Shown: positions 1 through 11,526 of the stretch, in pieces
Position numbering within the stretch: the first letter of the stretch is position 1
Layout: the number at the start of each line of letters is the position of its first letter
Assembly: GCA_965603825.1 (NCBI GenBank)
Contig: CBFDEM010000055.1
Location: 434,001-498,000, forward strand
Length of the DNA stretch: 64,000 nucleotides
Reading direction: 5' to 3'
From: Blepharisma stoltei ATCC 30299
Taxonomy: Eukaryota; Protista; Ciliophora
Program-made: the position numbers and the translations under genes
Notes under the pieces: model-generated
Database searches by the model: none
Told to the model about the DNA's origin: nothing
The model's input: only the letters and a program-made list of their open reading frames with translations

Positions 1-896
1 TAGGAGTTACCTGGTACTTAGCTAATGACATGCAGTTTTTTATTATAACTCCTCCTATTCTATATTTATACCACAAGTACCACAAATCAATAGGCTGGAT
101 TGCGATTGGGCTGCTTACTCTTCTATCAATTTTAAGCTCAGGGCTTATTGCCCATCATTTTTCTTTCAATGCAGTCCCTTCTGCCCAAGCAAATGGTGTT
201 AATTATTATTACTATTATTATATAAAACCTTACACTAGATGTGGCCCATATATTATAGGTATTCTAACAGGCTTAATTGTGTACTCATATAGAAGATATC
301 AAGACAAAAAAGAAGTTTATGACCCATTTGCGGTCTGGATTGGGAAAAAATTAGAAAATCAAAAAATTCGCTTTGCAGTTGGCTTCTTTGGCTTGGTCCT
401 GATAAATTTGATGGTTTTTGTTCCTTATGATTCTATAAGACACCCAGGGAAGAATTTTGAATTTCCTCATTGGACTCAAGACGAAAACATTACTTTTATA
501 GCTTTTAATAAGGCTGTCTTTGAATTTGGGCTCACACTTGTGCTGCTACCAGCTTTATTAGGCCATTTCCCTTGGATTTCTTGGATTCTTTCTTGGGATG
601 TGTGGACTCCTTTGGCGAGAATGACCTTTGCTGTGTATTTAATACACCTTACTATTATGTTTATTTGTTATGAAAGCCAAAGAGTTGCGTATATTTTTGA
701 TGAATTTAATATGATAAGAGACGCAATTTTTTTCTTTGTGATTTCGTATGTGCTGGCTTTACCTTTTGTGGTAATGGTAGAAATGCCAGCTTTGGGGATT
801 GAAAAATTGCTGTTTTCTTCGGTTAGAAAAAAGCAAATTGAGGCTAAGAGTCTTCAAGAAGAAGCTCTTATGCCTCTCAAGAAGTCGGTTGAATAA
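1..896 (+). CDS. NRF-6/acyltransferase-3 family O-acyltransferase, copy 1 (5' end outside window)
   Basis: WYLANDMQFF, YIKPYTRCGPY, WTPLARMTFAVYLIH and VEMP motifs; multi-TM; paralogous to the next two genes; TAA stop. Confidence 0.9.
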   Translation, partial: GVTWYLANDMQFFIITPPILYLYHKYHKSIGWIAIGLLTLLSILSSGLIAHHFSFNAVPSAQANGVNYYYYYYIKPYTRCGPYIIGILTGLIVYSYRRYQDKKEVYDPFAVWIGKKLENQKIRFAVGFFGLVLINLMVFVPYDSIRHPGKNFEFPHWTQDENITFIAFNKAVFEFGLTLVLLPALLGHFPWISWILSWDVWTPLARMTFAVYLIHLTIMFICYESQRVAYIFDEFNMIRDAIFFFVISYVLALPFVVMVEMPALGIEKLLFSSVRKKQIEAKSLQEEALMPLKKSVE

Positions 897-1017
897 CTTA
901 ATTGATTAGAAAATAAATATAATCATGAAATTAACCACTAAATACCTTATAATATAATAAAACTAGTAAAATAAAATCAATCTTCTTTATATCAATATGA
1001 TTATAATATTAATATAA

Positions 1018-3051
1018 ATGTGATTGCTGCTCCCTTTCACATTCATTGCAATCTCTCAAGCATCTTATTTTGAATGTGAAAGCGAATGGGGAAAAATATT
1101 ACAAGCCAGCCAAGACATTCTGAGCCCAAATCCTTCAGACTACACAAAGATGTTTTTGTACTCAGGATTCATGATAAATGATCTTGGCCAATACGACCCT
1201 TGCAATGATTTATCTATTTCTAAATACACTTTAATAGTGCTTTTCCCTTATCCAAGTATGCTAATTGCACTATGCGGGCCTAAAGTTTGCACAGCAGAGG
1301 ATTATCAGCAGCTTCTGGCAAATCATACATTTTATCAGACCATATCAGAAAAAATACAATTTCATAACCCTTTAATTGATTTAGAGCAGCTTAAAGCTGC
1401 TGAAACAGCATTGCCTGTGATTTTTCCTAAAGAGTATATTGATGATAATTTCGAAGATTTTAGTACCGGAGCAATTCTTATGATAACTTTTATTTGCATT
1501 GTTGGAGTGATAGGACTTTATGCAACATCTCTCGAATACTATTTATTGTCGAAAAAATCGAAAGAAATAGTGGCAGAAAAAGCAGAAATGATAGAGCCAA
1601 GAGCTGAGGATTCAACTTTGGTTAAGTTAGTCCTATGTTTTTCATTAATTTCTAATACCAAAAAGCTTTTTGTCAGTAGAAGTCAAGAAAGGCTTGGAAA
1701 AAAAGACTCAATGGAATTATTAAATAGTGTAAGAGTGTTATCCATCAGCTGGGTTCTCAATGGTCACGTCCTTTTGATGCTTTATTATGTTACAGTCATA
1801 TCCAACGCTGATACTTATATTAAAGAAGTTTCCAAATCTCAATATATAATCCCATTAGCTGGAGAGTTTGCTGTTGATACCTTTTTTTGAGTGTCAGGTT
1901 TTCTCGTCACATATTTGCTTATCCACGATATAAATAATTCAAAGAAAATGAACTGGCTTATGATTTACGTTCACAGGTATCTTCGTATAACACCTTTATA
2001 TTTATTTTGTATTTTATTGTTTTGGGCTCTTCAAAAGCATATTGGGAATGGCCCAATATTTTTTACTGGAGATATTATAAATAATGAATGCAAAAATCAT
2101 TGGTGGACAAATATTTTGTATCTTAATAATTTTATTCCTAAAGGCAATGGAAGTGGATGCTTTACTACAAGCTGGTACTTAGCTAATGATATGCAGTTTT
2201 TTATTATCACTCCTCCAATTCTTTATATTTATCATAGGCTTAATAAAGTTGCGGCATGGGGTATTTCGGTGGCTCTTATTTTTGAGTCAATGCTAAGCTC
2301 AGGACTTATTGTAAATCACTATGGTTTAAATGCAGTTACCCAGTCTCTGAATAATACTGAATATTATTTCGATAAGTACTATAACAAGCCTTATTGTAGA
2401 ATTGGAGTTTATTTCGTAGGGGTTTTGACAGGGATTATAGTATATTCTTATAGGAAATATCAAAATAAAAATGAAGTTTATGATAAAATTTCGGTTTGGG
2501 TTGGTAGACAGCTTGAAAATAAAGCTATAAGGTACGCTGTCGGACTTTTTGGGCTTACTCTTATCAATTTATTGATTTTTGTCCAATATGATACTTTTAA
2601 GCACCCAGGCAAGGACTTTAAATACGACCACTGAAATAATACTCAAAATGTTATTTTTCTTGCATTTGGCAGAGTTTCTTTTGGAATCGGACTCACTTGT
2701 TTATGTTTACCAGCATTTTTAGGTCATTTCACTTGGATGACTTGAATTTTGACTTGGGATCTGTGAACTCCTCTTGCAAGACTATCATTTTGTGTCTATT
2801 TAATTCACTATAATATTCTTGATATGACCTACAGAAGTATAAAAACTGCAACCGTGCTTAACGAGTTTACACTCATAAGGGATTCAGTTTTCTTTATTAT
2901 TCTCGCATATATAATTTCGATCCCAATTGTACTTTTAATTGAGATGCCAGCTTTTGGAATTGAAAAAGTCATATTTTCTTCAACACATAGAAAATCACTA
3001 AAACAAGATAATAAGCAAGTTCAATTGGAGCCTTTGGTTGGGAATAAATAA
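1018..3051 (+). CDS. NRF-6/acyltransferase-3 family O-acyltransferase, copy 2 (~677 aa with TGA=Trp)
   Basis: ATG at 1018, then TGA(W). Track ORFs 1024-1890, 1891-2634 and 2824-3051 are in one frame, separated only by TGA. N-terminal NRF-like LGQYDPC; AVDTFFW.SG, HRYLRITP and WYLANDMQ motifs. Confidence 0.9.
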
Positions 3052-3641
3052 TTTAATATAGCGAAATAGCTTTTTAAGTATAAGCTTTAATTTTTTTTAA
3101 AAAATCAATAAGGGTTTTACAAGTTTTTTTATATATAAAATTATGAATAAATTCCATTTTGAGTATATACATATCTTGGCGAGAAAAATGAAATTTAAAT
3201 TAAATCGTCATAATTTGCGTTTCATATTATAGAAAAGCAAGTTATTTGATATCTATAGCATGAATAGTGCCCTTAATCAATCATTATACATGAAATTTAA
3301 ACTATTGCACAATCATCCAAAAAATATTCTATTGATTTTAATTACTCATTCCAAAAATAGTTTTATCTATTTTAAATCATTAGTGTTCATAAAATTTTAC
3401 GCTCTTGATAACCCAAAGCTTATCTCCCATAAATTTATGCTGGCTAAATTTGAAGTTCACCCTATCTATTTTTATCAACAATCCTATACTTGCGATATTT
3501 ACGAAATCTCTTTTATTCTACATCTAGCCTTGAAGCTTTCTTTATAGATATCTTCATTAATATTCCTTCTCCTCATAAATCCTAAAAGATTTTTATCAAT
3601 TTCTCTGATAAATATGTCACTGGTGAAGAAATAACAATAAA

Positions 3642-5648
3642 ATGAAGGGCGTGATATTTATATCTCTTTTCATAGTCTTTTCTCAGTCAATTCTCTTGGA
3701 ATGTGCTAAGGAATGGGATAAGATAATTAAAAGTGCCTCAGGGATCTACGATATTAATCGTTCAAACTACACCAAAATGTTTTTGTACTCTGGGTTTTCG
3801 CTCAATAACCTAGGACAATATGACGCTTGCAATGATATGGAAGGCACTAAGTACCTTCTAATTATGATTTATCCTTTTCCAGTAATGGGAATGGCACTAT
3901 GCGGACCAGAAGTGTGCACAATTGAAGACTATGAAAAAATGCTGAATGGTCAATTTGCATTATCGTCAGTAATGCCAGACATTCATGCTTTACGTAGCAA
4001 TCTCACAGCAAGCATCAATTTTCCTATGATTTTTCCGAAGGAGTATATAGATGACAATTTTGAAGACTATTCAGCTGGGGTTATACTTATGATTCTTTTT
4101 ATTTCTATAGTAGCAACAGTGTGTATTATTGCGACCAGTGTTGACTTTTATATGAGCACTGTTACAAAAAATCAAGGAAAACAGCCAAATAGTGTCCCTA
4201 TAGTTATTAAATATCTCTTGTGTTTCTCATTTATGACAAACTTCCAAAAGCTATTCACAAGCCGAAGCCAAGAAAAACTTGGAAAAAGAGACACTTTGGA
4301 CATCCTTAATGGAGTAAGAGTTATGTCAATAGGCTGGGTTATTTATGGCCATGTCATTTTTTTCTCCTGGACCCAAGGAGTTCTAGTCAACGCATCAGAT
4401 ATAATCAATTTCTTAAAAGGGCCAACCACAGTGGTTCCTTTATCCGGAACTTATGCTGTTGACTCCTTTTTTTGGCTTTCCGGGCTATTAGTAGGCTATT
4501 TATTAATCCTCGAAATAAATAACTCCAAAAAAATGAACTGGCCAATGGTCTATATTCACCGTTACCTTAGGATAATTCCTTTATATATGTTTGTATTGCT
4601 ATTTTTTTGGGCTTTACAAAAACATATAGGAGGTGGTCCGCTTTGGTTTGAAGGCGACAACATTAATGCTGGTTGCAAAAATCATTGATGGACAAATCTA
4701 TTATTTGTCAATAATGTTGTGCCAGATTGGAAAGGAAGCAGCTGCTTAAACCAAAGCTGGTACTTGGCCAATGATATGCAATTTTTTATTCTAACTCCGC
4801 CGATTCTTTATATATACCATAAGTACAATAAATATTTCGGCTGGGCTGTCCTGTGGGCTTTGACTGGGATTTCGATTTTGGTAACAGGACTAATAGCGCA
4901 TCATTTTACACTGAATGCGATGCCTACTGCACAAATCAATGGGATTAACTATTTTCAATATTATTATAACAAGCCGTATTGTAGAGTAGCTCCTTATATC
5001 ATGGGAATCATTACTGGGCTAGTGATTTATGCTTATAGAGCTTACAAAGATAAAAAAAATTATTATGACCCTGTTTCCATTTGGATTGGAAATAAACTTG
5101 AAGACCCACTCATTAGATATGTATTTGGCTTCATCGGGCTTAGCCTCATATCAATCCTAGTGTGGGTTCAATATGATACCTTGGAGTATCCAGGCACATT
5201 AATGGAATACTCTCATTGGTCCCATTCCCAAAATGAAGCATTTGTCACTCTTTGTAGGCCTCTCTTTGGCTTAGGACTGACCTTGTTATTGCTCCCATCC
5301 TTGCTTGGCCATTTTAATTTCATCACATGGGTTCTTTCCTGGGACATATGGACACCTCTTGCAAGACTGACCTTTGCAGTCTATTTAATCCATGTGAACG
5401 TCATTGTAATTTGTTATGGAAGCCAAAAAGCATCATACATGCTTGATGATTTTACTGTTGTAAAAGATACCATTTTTTACTTTGTGGTTTGCTATATCCT
5501 GGCATTGCCTTTTGTGCTTATGATTGAAATGCCAGCACTTGCGGTAGAGAAAATGGCGTTTTTAAGGGCAAGAGCGAAGCCAAATGTGGAGCAGGAAAAT
5601 AAGTCAGTATTATTGCTGCCGGTAGAAGGAAAGAAAGAAGCTAATTAG
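3642..5648 (+). CDS. NRF-6/acyltransferase-3 family O-acyltransferase, copy 3 (~668 aa)
   Basis: ORFs 3642-4688 and 4719-5648 are in frame, joined by a TGA where copy 2 has TGG (NHWWTN); signal peptide; same motifs; TAG stop. Confidence 0.9.
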
Positions 5649-5704
5649 GCTAATTATTCCTTTAGCAATTAATTTATAATAGATAAAATAAGATTTTTTT
5701 ATGT

Positions 5705-8700
5705 TTAAGACATATTAGCTCTTCTATTAGCTGTAATCTTTGTATAGATATGCCCTCCTTTTCTCCTAAACAAATTGATTTCTGTTTTCAGCTCTGCTAT
5801 CTTCTGCCTTTGCAATTCAATGATTTCTTTCAGCCTCTGTTGCTCTTGATTAATATCATCCTGCTTATTTTCTTCTTCTTCCTTGAAAATTTCTTTATTT
5901 CCTAAATCCAGCTGTTTATTTTTCTTCATAATGCTTTCAAGTCTATCATGCCTAAGCTGCAATAAATCTGTATTTCTCTTAGTAGCAAATCTTAAGCTTT
6001 CTCTTGCACTTGAAAGCTCTTCTTTAGCTTCTTCAATCCTTTTAGATGCATCTCTTTCTGCTTTATTAAAGTCTGACTTAAGCTTTGCTAGCTGCTCACT
6101 AGGTTCTGCATATTTTAAGTTATCAAGCTTGATGGCATGGCCAAATCTTAAAGCTTGAATTGCTTCATATTTTTTCTTGGCTTCTTCTTTTTTCTTTTCC
6201 CTTGTCTTGCATTTCTTTTCTAACTGTTTCATATCTTTTTGCAGGTCTTCTTTTCGGAGTATTTCGTCACTTTTTTCTCTGATAAGCTCTACGATTCTGT
6301 TCCTAAGCTTGTTAAATTCTTCGTTTGTGAATAAAACAGCATCTTCTAAATGTTTAGGCAGTGCTTCATCTTGAATGATCTGTATTTGGTCTTGTGAAAG
6401 AATAATTGACACCAGCAGCTGGTTTAATTTCTGCATTTTATCTCTTTGGAATTCTTGAATTTCAGTCTCAGTCTTATGTATTGCTTGAGAAATCTGCCTT
6501 TCTTTCTTTTCCACATCTTCTTGTTTTTTCTTCAATTCATTAATAATTTGTTTTTTTGCATTAGAACTTTCTACCAAATCAAGCCTTGATTCTCTTAGCT
6601 GGACGACCTCTTCGAATAAATTCATATCACAATCATTAGGGCACAAATCTAAATTTTGGTCTTCGTCTTCATCAGACTCGTCTGAACTTATGTCACTTAA
6701 TTCTTCTTCTTCCTCTTCCTCCTCTTCTTCCTCTTCGCTTTCTTTTCGTTTTTTCTTCTTTTTTCGCTTGATATTTCGGTCGAGAACAGCTTGAAGTTCT
6801 TTGGCAAATGCACTGCCTTCTACCATGGAGTTAAAAGTTGCGTAAATTTCTTTGTGCTTTTGGGTAATTTCTTCTTGGTCTTTTTGATGGATTTCATATT
6901 GACGGTTGATTTCTGCGATTTCTGATAAAAGAGCTTGCTTGTCTTCGTTGAGTTTTTCTATTTTTGCGGAGAGTCTTTGGTCATCTGGTTCCATTTCATC
7001 GAGTAGGTTTAATTCTAAATAATAAGTAATCAGCTTCATATCAATTTGTTTTAAGTCACTTTCTAAGTAATATTTTTGTTCTTGCTGCTGCTTTAGTGCT
7101 TCATTAAAATGGATAATTCTTTTTTTAATTTCTCCATCAAGCCTTTTTTTCTCATTCAGCAGCTTTAAGTCTTTATGAGCTTTAAACATTTTTTCAGCTT
7201 CAGTCAAGCCTTTATTTTTTTTCTTTCGTGAGTCACGAGGTGAAGTTAAAGCAGCGACTTCTTCAACTTTTTTAGGCGATGACAAAACTGGCTTTATAGT
7301 TTTGGATTTCGCAAATTCAGTTAGATCGTCACTCGAAATCAAATAATAATGCTCAGGCCATTCCTCATCTTTAAAAGTTGGCTCCACAAGCTCTTCTTCT
7401 ATACCTAGCTCATGATTTATATCAGAAATCCTTTGGTACTGCTCTTTAATCCAGTCAATCAGCCTCACTTTATTTTCTCTCAGTGCCAAAAGTCTGCTAT
7501 TTAGCTCCATTTTCAAGTTATGAGCACTTTCCATAAGTAAAAACATCTGCCTGCGCTTTTGTGATGCATTTACACACAGATTTTTGGGCACTACATAGTC
7601 AGGGCTTGTTTTTAGCTTAAAATCTCCCATCGTTGCTTTCGCTGTTTCTATATCTCTTTGGTCCATTGGGTCAATAGCTTTATCACTAGGCTCCTGCTTT
7701 CTTTTTGCGTCAATTTTAGTTTTTCTTTCCTCCCTGAGCTTTGTCCTTTTTTCTCTGTCTTCTTGTGCTTTAGACTTCTTTTTTCCTTCAATTTTCCCAG
7801 CTACTATTTGTGAAGAAATCCTGAACTCAGTTTTGGTCTCTTCTAGCCTCTCGCTTTGCTCTATAGGGTGCTGAGAAAATTTGCCTGGAGACATGGCGCT
7901 TTCTGCATCTGAAATGATGCTTCCTTGTTTATAGCGGCCTTCTTCTTCAAGAAATGCTTGGATTTGGGTAAGATTGGAGACTAAAAAGTCGGATGGCTTG
8001 TTGACGCGGAAAGAAGTGACGAATTCTTCAGAGTTTAAGGCTCGGACTTGGAATCTTTCAATTGATACGTTATCTAAGAAATATTGCTTGTATTTTTCGA
8101 CTGAAAGCCTTGAATATTCGCTACCCCAGGCGTTTTCTTTTTGGACTTCGTCCAATAGTTCTTTATTTCTCCCATTCAGCATCTCATAGTACTCAGGATC
8201 TACCCTCAGCTCTTCTTCAGACAGCCGATATTTCTCCTCTAGTGCTGCGTTTTCTTTTTGCAATGATTCAAAAATTTCTCGAAGTGCTGCTATGTCTTGC
8301 CTTTTCCTGTCCTTTTTCATCTCAGCAAGGGTCCTTTTTTTGTCTTCGTCAGTTTTCAACTTGTCCATTTGCAAAGAATACACAGTCGGGTCCTCAATTT
8401 CATCAGAAATTTTTTGTAAATTTTGTGGCTGCTCTTCTAGCCTTAATGATCCAGCTCCCAGCTCATGTTTAGGCTCACTGCTAGGTGGCATAAATTGTCC
8501 ATTTTTGGCAGCATCCAAAATTTCTTCAGGGTAAAGCTCAGATATAAACATAGTCCCATCTTCTGAAATTGTGGTCGCATAAGTTTCATTATGGTTTAAT
8601 TGTACTTTTTTTACCTTGGATTTTATATCATGAGGACGGGTTGATAAGAAACGGTCAGTATTTTTTAAGCTGTGGAGCTCATAAGTACCATCTGCATAAG

Positions 8701-10717
8701 AAGAAGCGATAAAATGCTTGGAAAAGCTGATGCTTTGGTTTAAAGATGGGGAGGTAGGGATTGCAAAATTAGGACGATCTGAGCTGAATTCACAGACATA
8801 GAAGAAGCCGTTATATGGAGCATCTGCTGAGAGGATAAATTGGTCAGGGTTGAGTGGGAAGTATTTAGCAGACAAAATAGGGGCTGGTGGCCATTCATCG
8901 TCAACTTTTTGCTCGCCTGGTCTTTTTGGCGGCATTAAAAATTCTTCTTCTTCAGTTGGCTTTTTCTTTTGAAACTCCATCATTTTAATTTTCCAGCTTT
9001 TCCTTGGCAGCTCTACCTCATAAGAATGCAAAGTGTCCAGGGTTATTTTATCAGGTCTATTAATTTCAAAAATTTCTCCTGATTGCATCCCTAGCAAAAT
9101 CCTATCAGACGACACATGCCAATCTATATCTTTTATTTGGCTTGGCAATGGGGTAATACAAACAGGGTCTAAATTCCCATTTTCCTGGACGTCAAAGAAA
9201 AAAATTGTATTATCTGCCCCCACAGTAACTAAATGGCTTCCGTCTGGGGAATATTTCATAAAAATAACAGCTGCGTCATGAGGTTTCCAAGCTCCTAATA
9301 AGCTAAACTTATCAGAATCCAAAAAGCTGAGCCTTATAATCCCATTATCAAAACCAGTTAAAATCATTTTCCCTTGATTAATAGGTGTATGTGGCGACCA
9401 AGCCAAAGACTGTCCTTTTCCAAGCCATTTTGAGCAAAATAATTCTTTTTGGTTCACAAAATCCCAAGCTCTTGTAGTGGAGTCCTCACCTATAGTAACT
9501 GCAATATTATGGTCTTCAGATATAGCTAAATCAGTGATTTTTCCTGCATGAAATTCCATAATGGTCTGCTGATCAATAAAATCATCAGAAATTTTTATAA
9601 TTTTTCCTTTGCGGTCTACCACAAACCAGCAGTTGTCTCCTTTGATTAAATTCATGATTTGAGCGGCGTCTCCGATTAACACCTGATGTTTACTTGATAT
9701 AGAAAACTCATAGCCTTCTTCAGGGTCAGCTGACATTACTTTGTTCAAGTCCCACCATTTTATATACCCATCAGTGCCTGCAGTCATAACTTCGTCACCT
9801 TCTATTATCACACATTCTATTGCGCCATTGTGGCAAGGCTTTTTATCGTTAAGCATAAAAAGAGCTTTAATGAGGGTACCTTCCCATAATATTAAATTTC
9901 CATATTCACTGCCAGATAAAACCTTGCCGTCAGGAAGCTCGACAAAACCATTGATATCGCTGAGCTCGACTTGGCCGAATTTTCCAAGGTCTCCTTGGAG
10001 CTTGAGACCGGTGAAGGTTTTGGCCATTTTCCAGAATCTGATGTGGGCAGTTCCGCTGGTGATGATTTCTTCTTCGTATTTGGGAGAAAAAGTGACTCTG
10101 TAAATTTCTTGACCAAAAGCTTTGCTTTTTAGGATGACTCGCTCTTGGAGCCAGTCCCAGACTGTTAGCATGTAGTCTGTGACACTTCCGACGCTTGCAA
10201 GCATTTTTCCACTTCCACTCCAGGCGAGGGAGCTATAAGCAGTTTCAGTGCCTTTTCGAAGGATTCTATAGAGCTTTAAAGAAGGGAATTCATATATATA
10301 AATATTTGGCCAATCTCCTTTTTCGCCAATAGCAAAATATTTCCTCTGAGGATGAACTGTGATGGCGCCAATTCCTCCTCCATCTTTGCTAAAGAAAATT
10401 TGTCTTTCCTGGGTCGCCACATTATAGATATGATAAGTTGTCCCAATCGCAAAAATTACTTCATTGGCTGACAGGATGTGGAAGTTGTTCCTTTTGTCAG
10501 CGTCAAAGCCAGCACACCAATGGAATTTGGAAAGCTTTGAGGATATTGAAGAGTCAGGAAGAATTTTTTCTGAATGGGTTGAAGAGTAGAAATAGTCAAG
10601 TGGGATTTTAGGGACCTCTTCTTGGGCTGACTCCTCTGCCTCGATTTCATTGGCAGGGGCTTGGTCTGCTTTGGGTAAGTTTTGGTTTTCTTCAGACGGT
10701 TTTTTGACTTCTTCCAT
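5705..10717 (-). CDS. CFAP44: Cilia- and flagella-associated protein 44 (WDR52), 1670 aa
   Basis: N-terminal WD40 region with YRILRKGTETAYS and HIRFWKMAKTFTGLKLQG; MGDFKLKTSPDYVVP; acidic tract followed by CPNDCDMNLFEEV; long C-terminal coiled coil ending LFRRKGG. Confidence 0.92.
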   Translation of the reverse strand: MEEVKKPSEENQNLPKADQAPANEIEAEESAQEEVPKIPLDYFYSSTHSEKILPDSSISSKLSKFHWCAGFDADKRNNFHILSANEVIFAIGTTYHIYNVATQERQIFFSKDGGGIGAITVHPQRKYFAIGEKGDWPNIYIYEFPSLKLYRILRKGTETAYSSLAWSGSGKMLASVGSVTDYMLTVWDWLQERVILKSKAFGQEIYRVTFSPKYEEEIITSGTAHIRFWKMAKTFTGLKLQGDLGKFGQVELSDINGFVELPDGKVLSGSEYGNLILWEGTLIKALFMLNDKKPCHNGAIECVIIEGDEVMTAGTDGYIKWWDLNKVMSADPEEGYEFSISSKHQVLIGDAAQIMNLIKGDNCWFVVDRKGKIIKISDDFIDQQTIMEFHAGKITDLAISEDHNIAVTIGEDSTTRAWDFVNQKELFCSKWLGKGQSLAWSPHTPINQGKMILTGFDNGIIRLSFLDSDKFSLLGAWKPHDAAVIFMKYSPDGSHLVTVGADNTIFFFDVQENGNLDPVCITPLPSQIKDIDWHVSSDRILLGMQSGEIFEINRPDKITLDTLHSYEVELPRKSWKIKMMEFQKKKPTEEEEFLMPPKRPGEQKVDDEWPPAPILSAKYFPLNPDQFILSADAPYNGFFYVCEFSSDRPNFAIPTSPSLNQSISFSKHFIASSYADGTYELHSLKNTDRFLSTRPHDIKSKVKKVQLNHNETYATTISEDGTMFISELYPEEILDAAKNGQFMPPSSEPKHELGAGSLRLEEQPQNLQKISDEIEDPTVYSLQMDKLKTDEDKKRTLAEMKKDRKRQDIAALREIFESLQKENAALEEKYRLSEEELRVDPEYYEMLNGRNKELLDEVQKENAWGSEYSRLSVEKYKQYFLDNVSIERFQVRALNSEEFVTSFRVNKPSDFLVSNLTQIQAFLEEEGRYKQGSIISDAESAMSPGKFSQHPIEQSERLEETKTEFRISSQIVAGKIEGKKKSKAQEDREKRTKLREERKTKIDAKRKQEPSDKAIDPMDQRDIETAKATMGDFKLKTSPDYVVPKNLCVNASQKRRQMFLLMESAHNLKMELNSRLLALRENKVRLIDWIKEQYQRISDINHELGIEEELVEPTFKDEEWPEHYYLISSDDLTEFAKSKTIKPVLSSPKKVEEVAALTSPRDSRKKKNKGLTEAEKMFKAHKDLKLLNEKKRLDGEIKKRIIHFNEALKQQQEQKYYLESDLKQIDMKLITYYLELNLLDEMEPDDQRLSAKIEKLNEDKQALLSEIAEINRQYEIHQKDQEEITQKHKEIYATFNSMVEGSAFAKELQAVLDRNIKRKKKKKRKESEEEEEEEEEEEELSDISSDESDEDEDQNLDLCPNDCDMNLFEEVVQLRESRLDLVESSNAKKQIINELKKKQEDVEKKERQISQAIHKTETEIQEFQRDKMQKLNQLLVSIILSQDQIQIIQDEALPKHLEDAVLFTNEEFNKLRNRIVELIREKSDEILRKEDLQKDMKQLEKKCKTREKKKEEAKKKYEAIQALRFGHAIKLDNLKYAEPSEQLAKLKSDFNKAERDASKRIEEAKEELSSARESLRFATKRNTDLLQLRHDRLESIMKKNKQLDLGNKEIFKEEEENKQDDINQEQQRLKEIIELQRQKIAELKTEINLFRRKGGHIYTKITANRRANMS

Positions 10718-10831
10718 AATTTTTATTTAAGAAATGTTTAAAGAAAGAGACGAAAACTGATTTTTAAGATTTTTAAGGCGCGGTTGGTGCTGATGGGCAA
10801 TTAAAAGATAGATTTAATAAATTGGTAATAA

Positions 10832-11494
10832 ATGGGAATTTACTTAGCTGTATACAATGTATTTCAGCTAATTGGCTGGCTTACTATTGTTTCGTTAGTA
10901 ATTTTTTATGCTCCCTTTACACTTGAAGTGTATTCAGTGCCAATAATCAGGTTAACTGTGATTATTTTTCAAAATCTCATGGGTCTTGAAGTAAATTTTA
11001 CTTAGATTTTGCACTCTTTACTTAGACTCACTCCATCACCTTTAGCCACAACCTTTATGCAAGTAGGTGGCAGGATATGCTTCGTCTGGGGCTGCATGGA
11101 ACTTGAGCCAAAAGTAATTTTTACTTAGGCAGCTGCAGCCACACCTCTTTTACTTGCTTGGAGTTCTGCAGAAGTTATTAGATATTCCCACTACTTATTC
11201 GCCTCATTAGGGACCCCTACACCCAAGTTCATGCTCTGGCTAAGATATTCCGCATTTATCGTTCTTTGCCCAATGGGAATTTTTTCAGAAATCCTCTGAT
11301 GGTACGCAGCTTTCCCTATTATTGAAAAATGCTGCCCAAGGGTGTATTCGATAGAAATGCCAAATGCCTATAATTTTGCATTTGATTATCTTATTATGCT
11401 CAAGATCTCTCTACCACTGACTTATATTATTGGTTTTCCTTATATTTATAAATACATGCTCACACAAAGGACACGCAAAATAAAGGAGGATTAA
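10832..11494 (+). CDS. Very-long-chain 3-hydroxyacyl-CoA dehydratase (HACD/PHS1/PTPLA family), copy A; 2 introns
   Basis: Missing from the ORF track. MGIYLAVYN..LE|ILHS..MQVGGR..AWSSAEVIRYSHY..WLRYSAF..YKYMLTQR after removing 15-nt introns 10991-11005 and 11114-11128; one internal TGA(W). Confidence 0.88.
10991..11005 (+). other. 15-nt spliceosomal intron GTAAATTTTACTTAG
   Basis: GT-AG; carries an in-frame TAG; removal restores the conserved LE|ILH motif of HACD. Confidence 0.88.
11114..11128 (+). other. 15-nt spliceosomal intron GTAATTTTTACTTAG
   Basis: GT-AG; in-frame TAG; removal restores the HACD frame; same position as the intron in copy B. Confidence 0.85.
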
Positions 11495-11526
11495 ATAAAA
11501 AGGTTGTATGAATTAATGTAAATAAA

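Noticed and set aside
1888-1890. Selenocysteine or cysteine reading of TGA
   Set aside because: TGA alternates with TGG, not TGT/TGC, at aligned paralogue positions
3260-3547. 95-aa ORF between acyltransferases
   Set aside because: AT-rich intergenic composition with no motif; likely a chance ORF
6660-6770. TCT/TCC trinucleotide run
   Set aside because: Encodes the poly-Glu/Lys tract of CFAP44; not an independent repeat
5883-10103. Several plus-strand ORFs inside CFAP44, and similar antisense ORFs in other genes
   Set aside because: S/F/L-rich antisense shadows of E/K-rich coding strands
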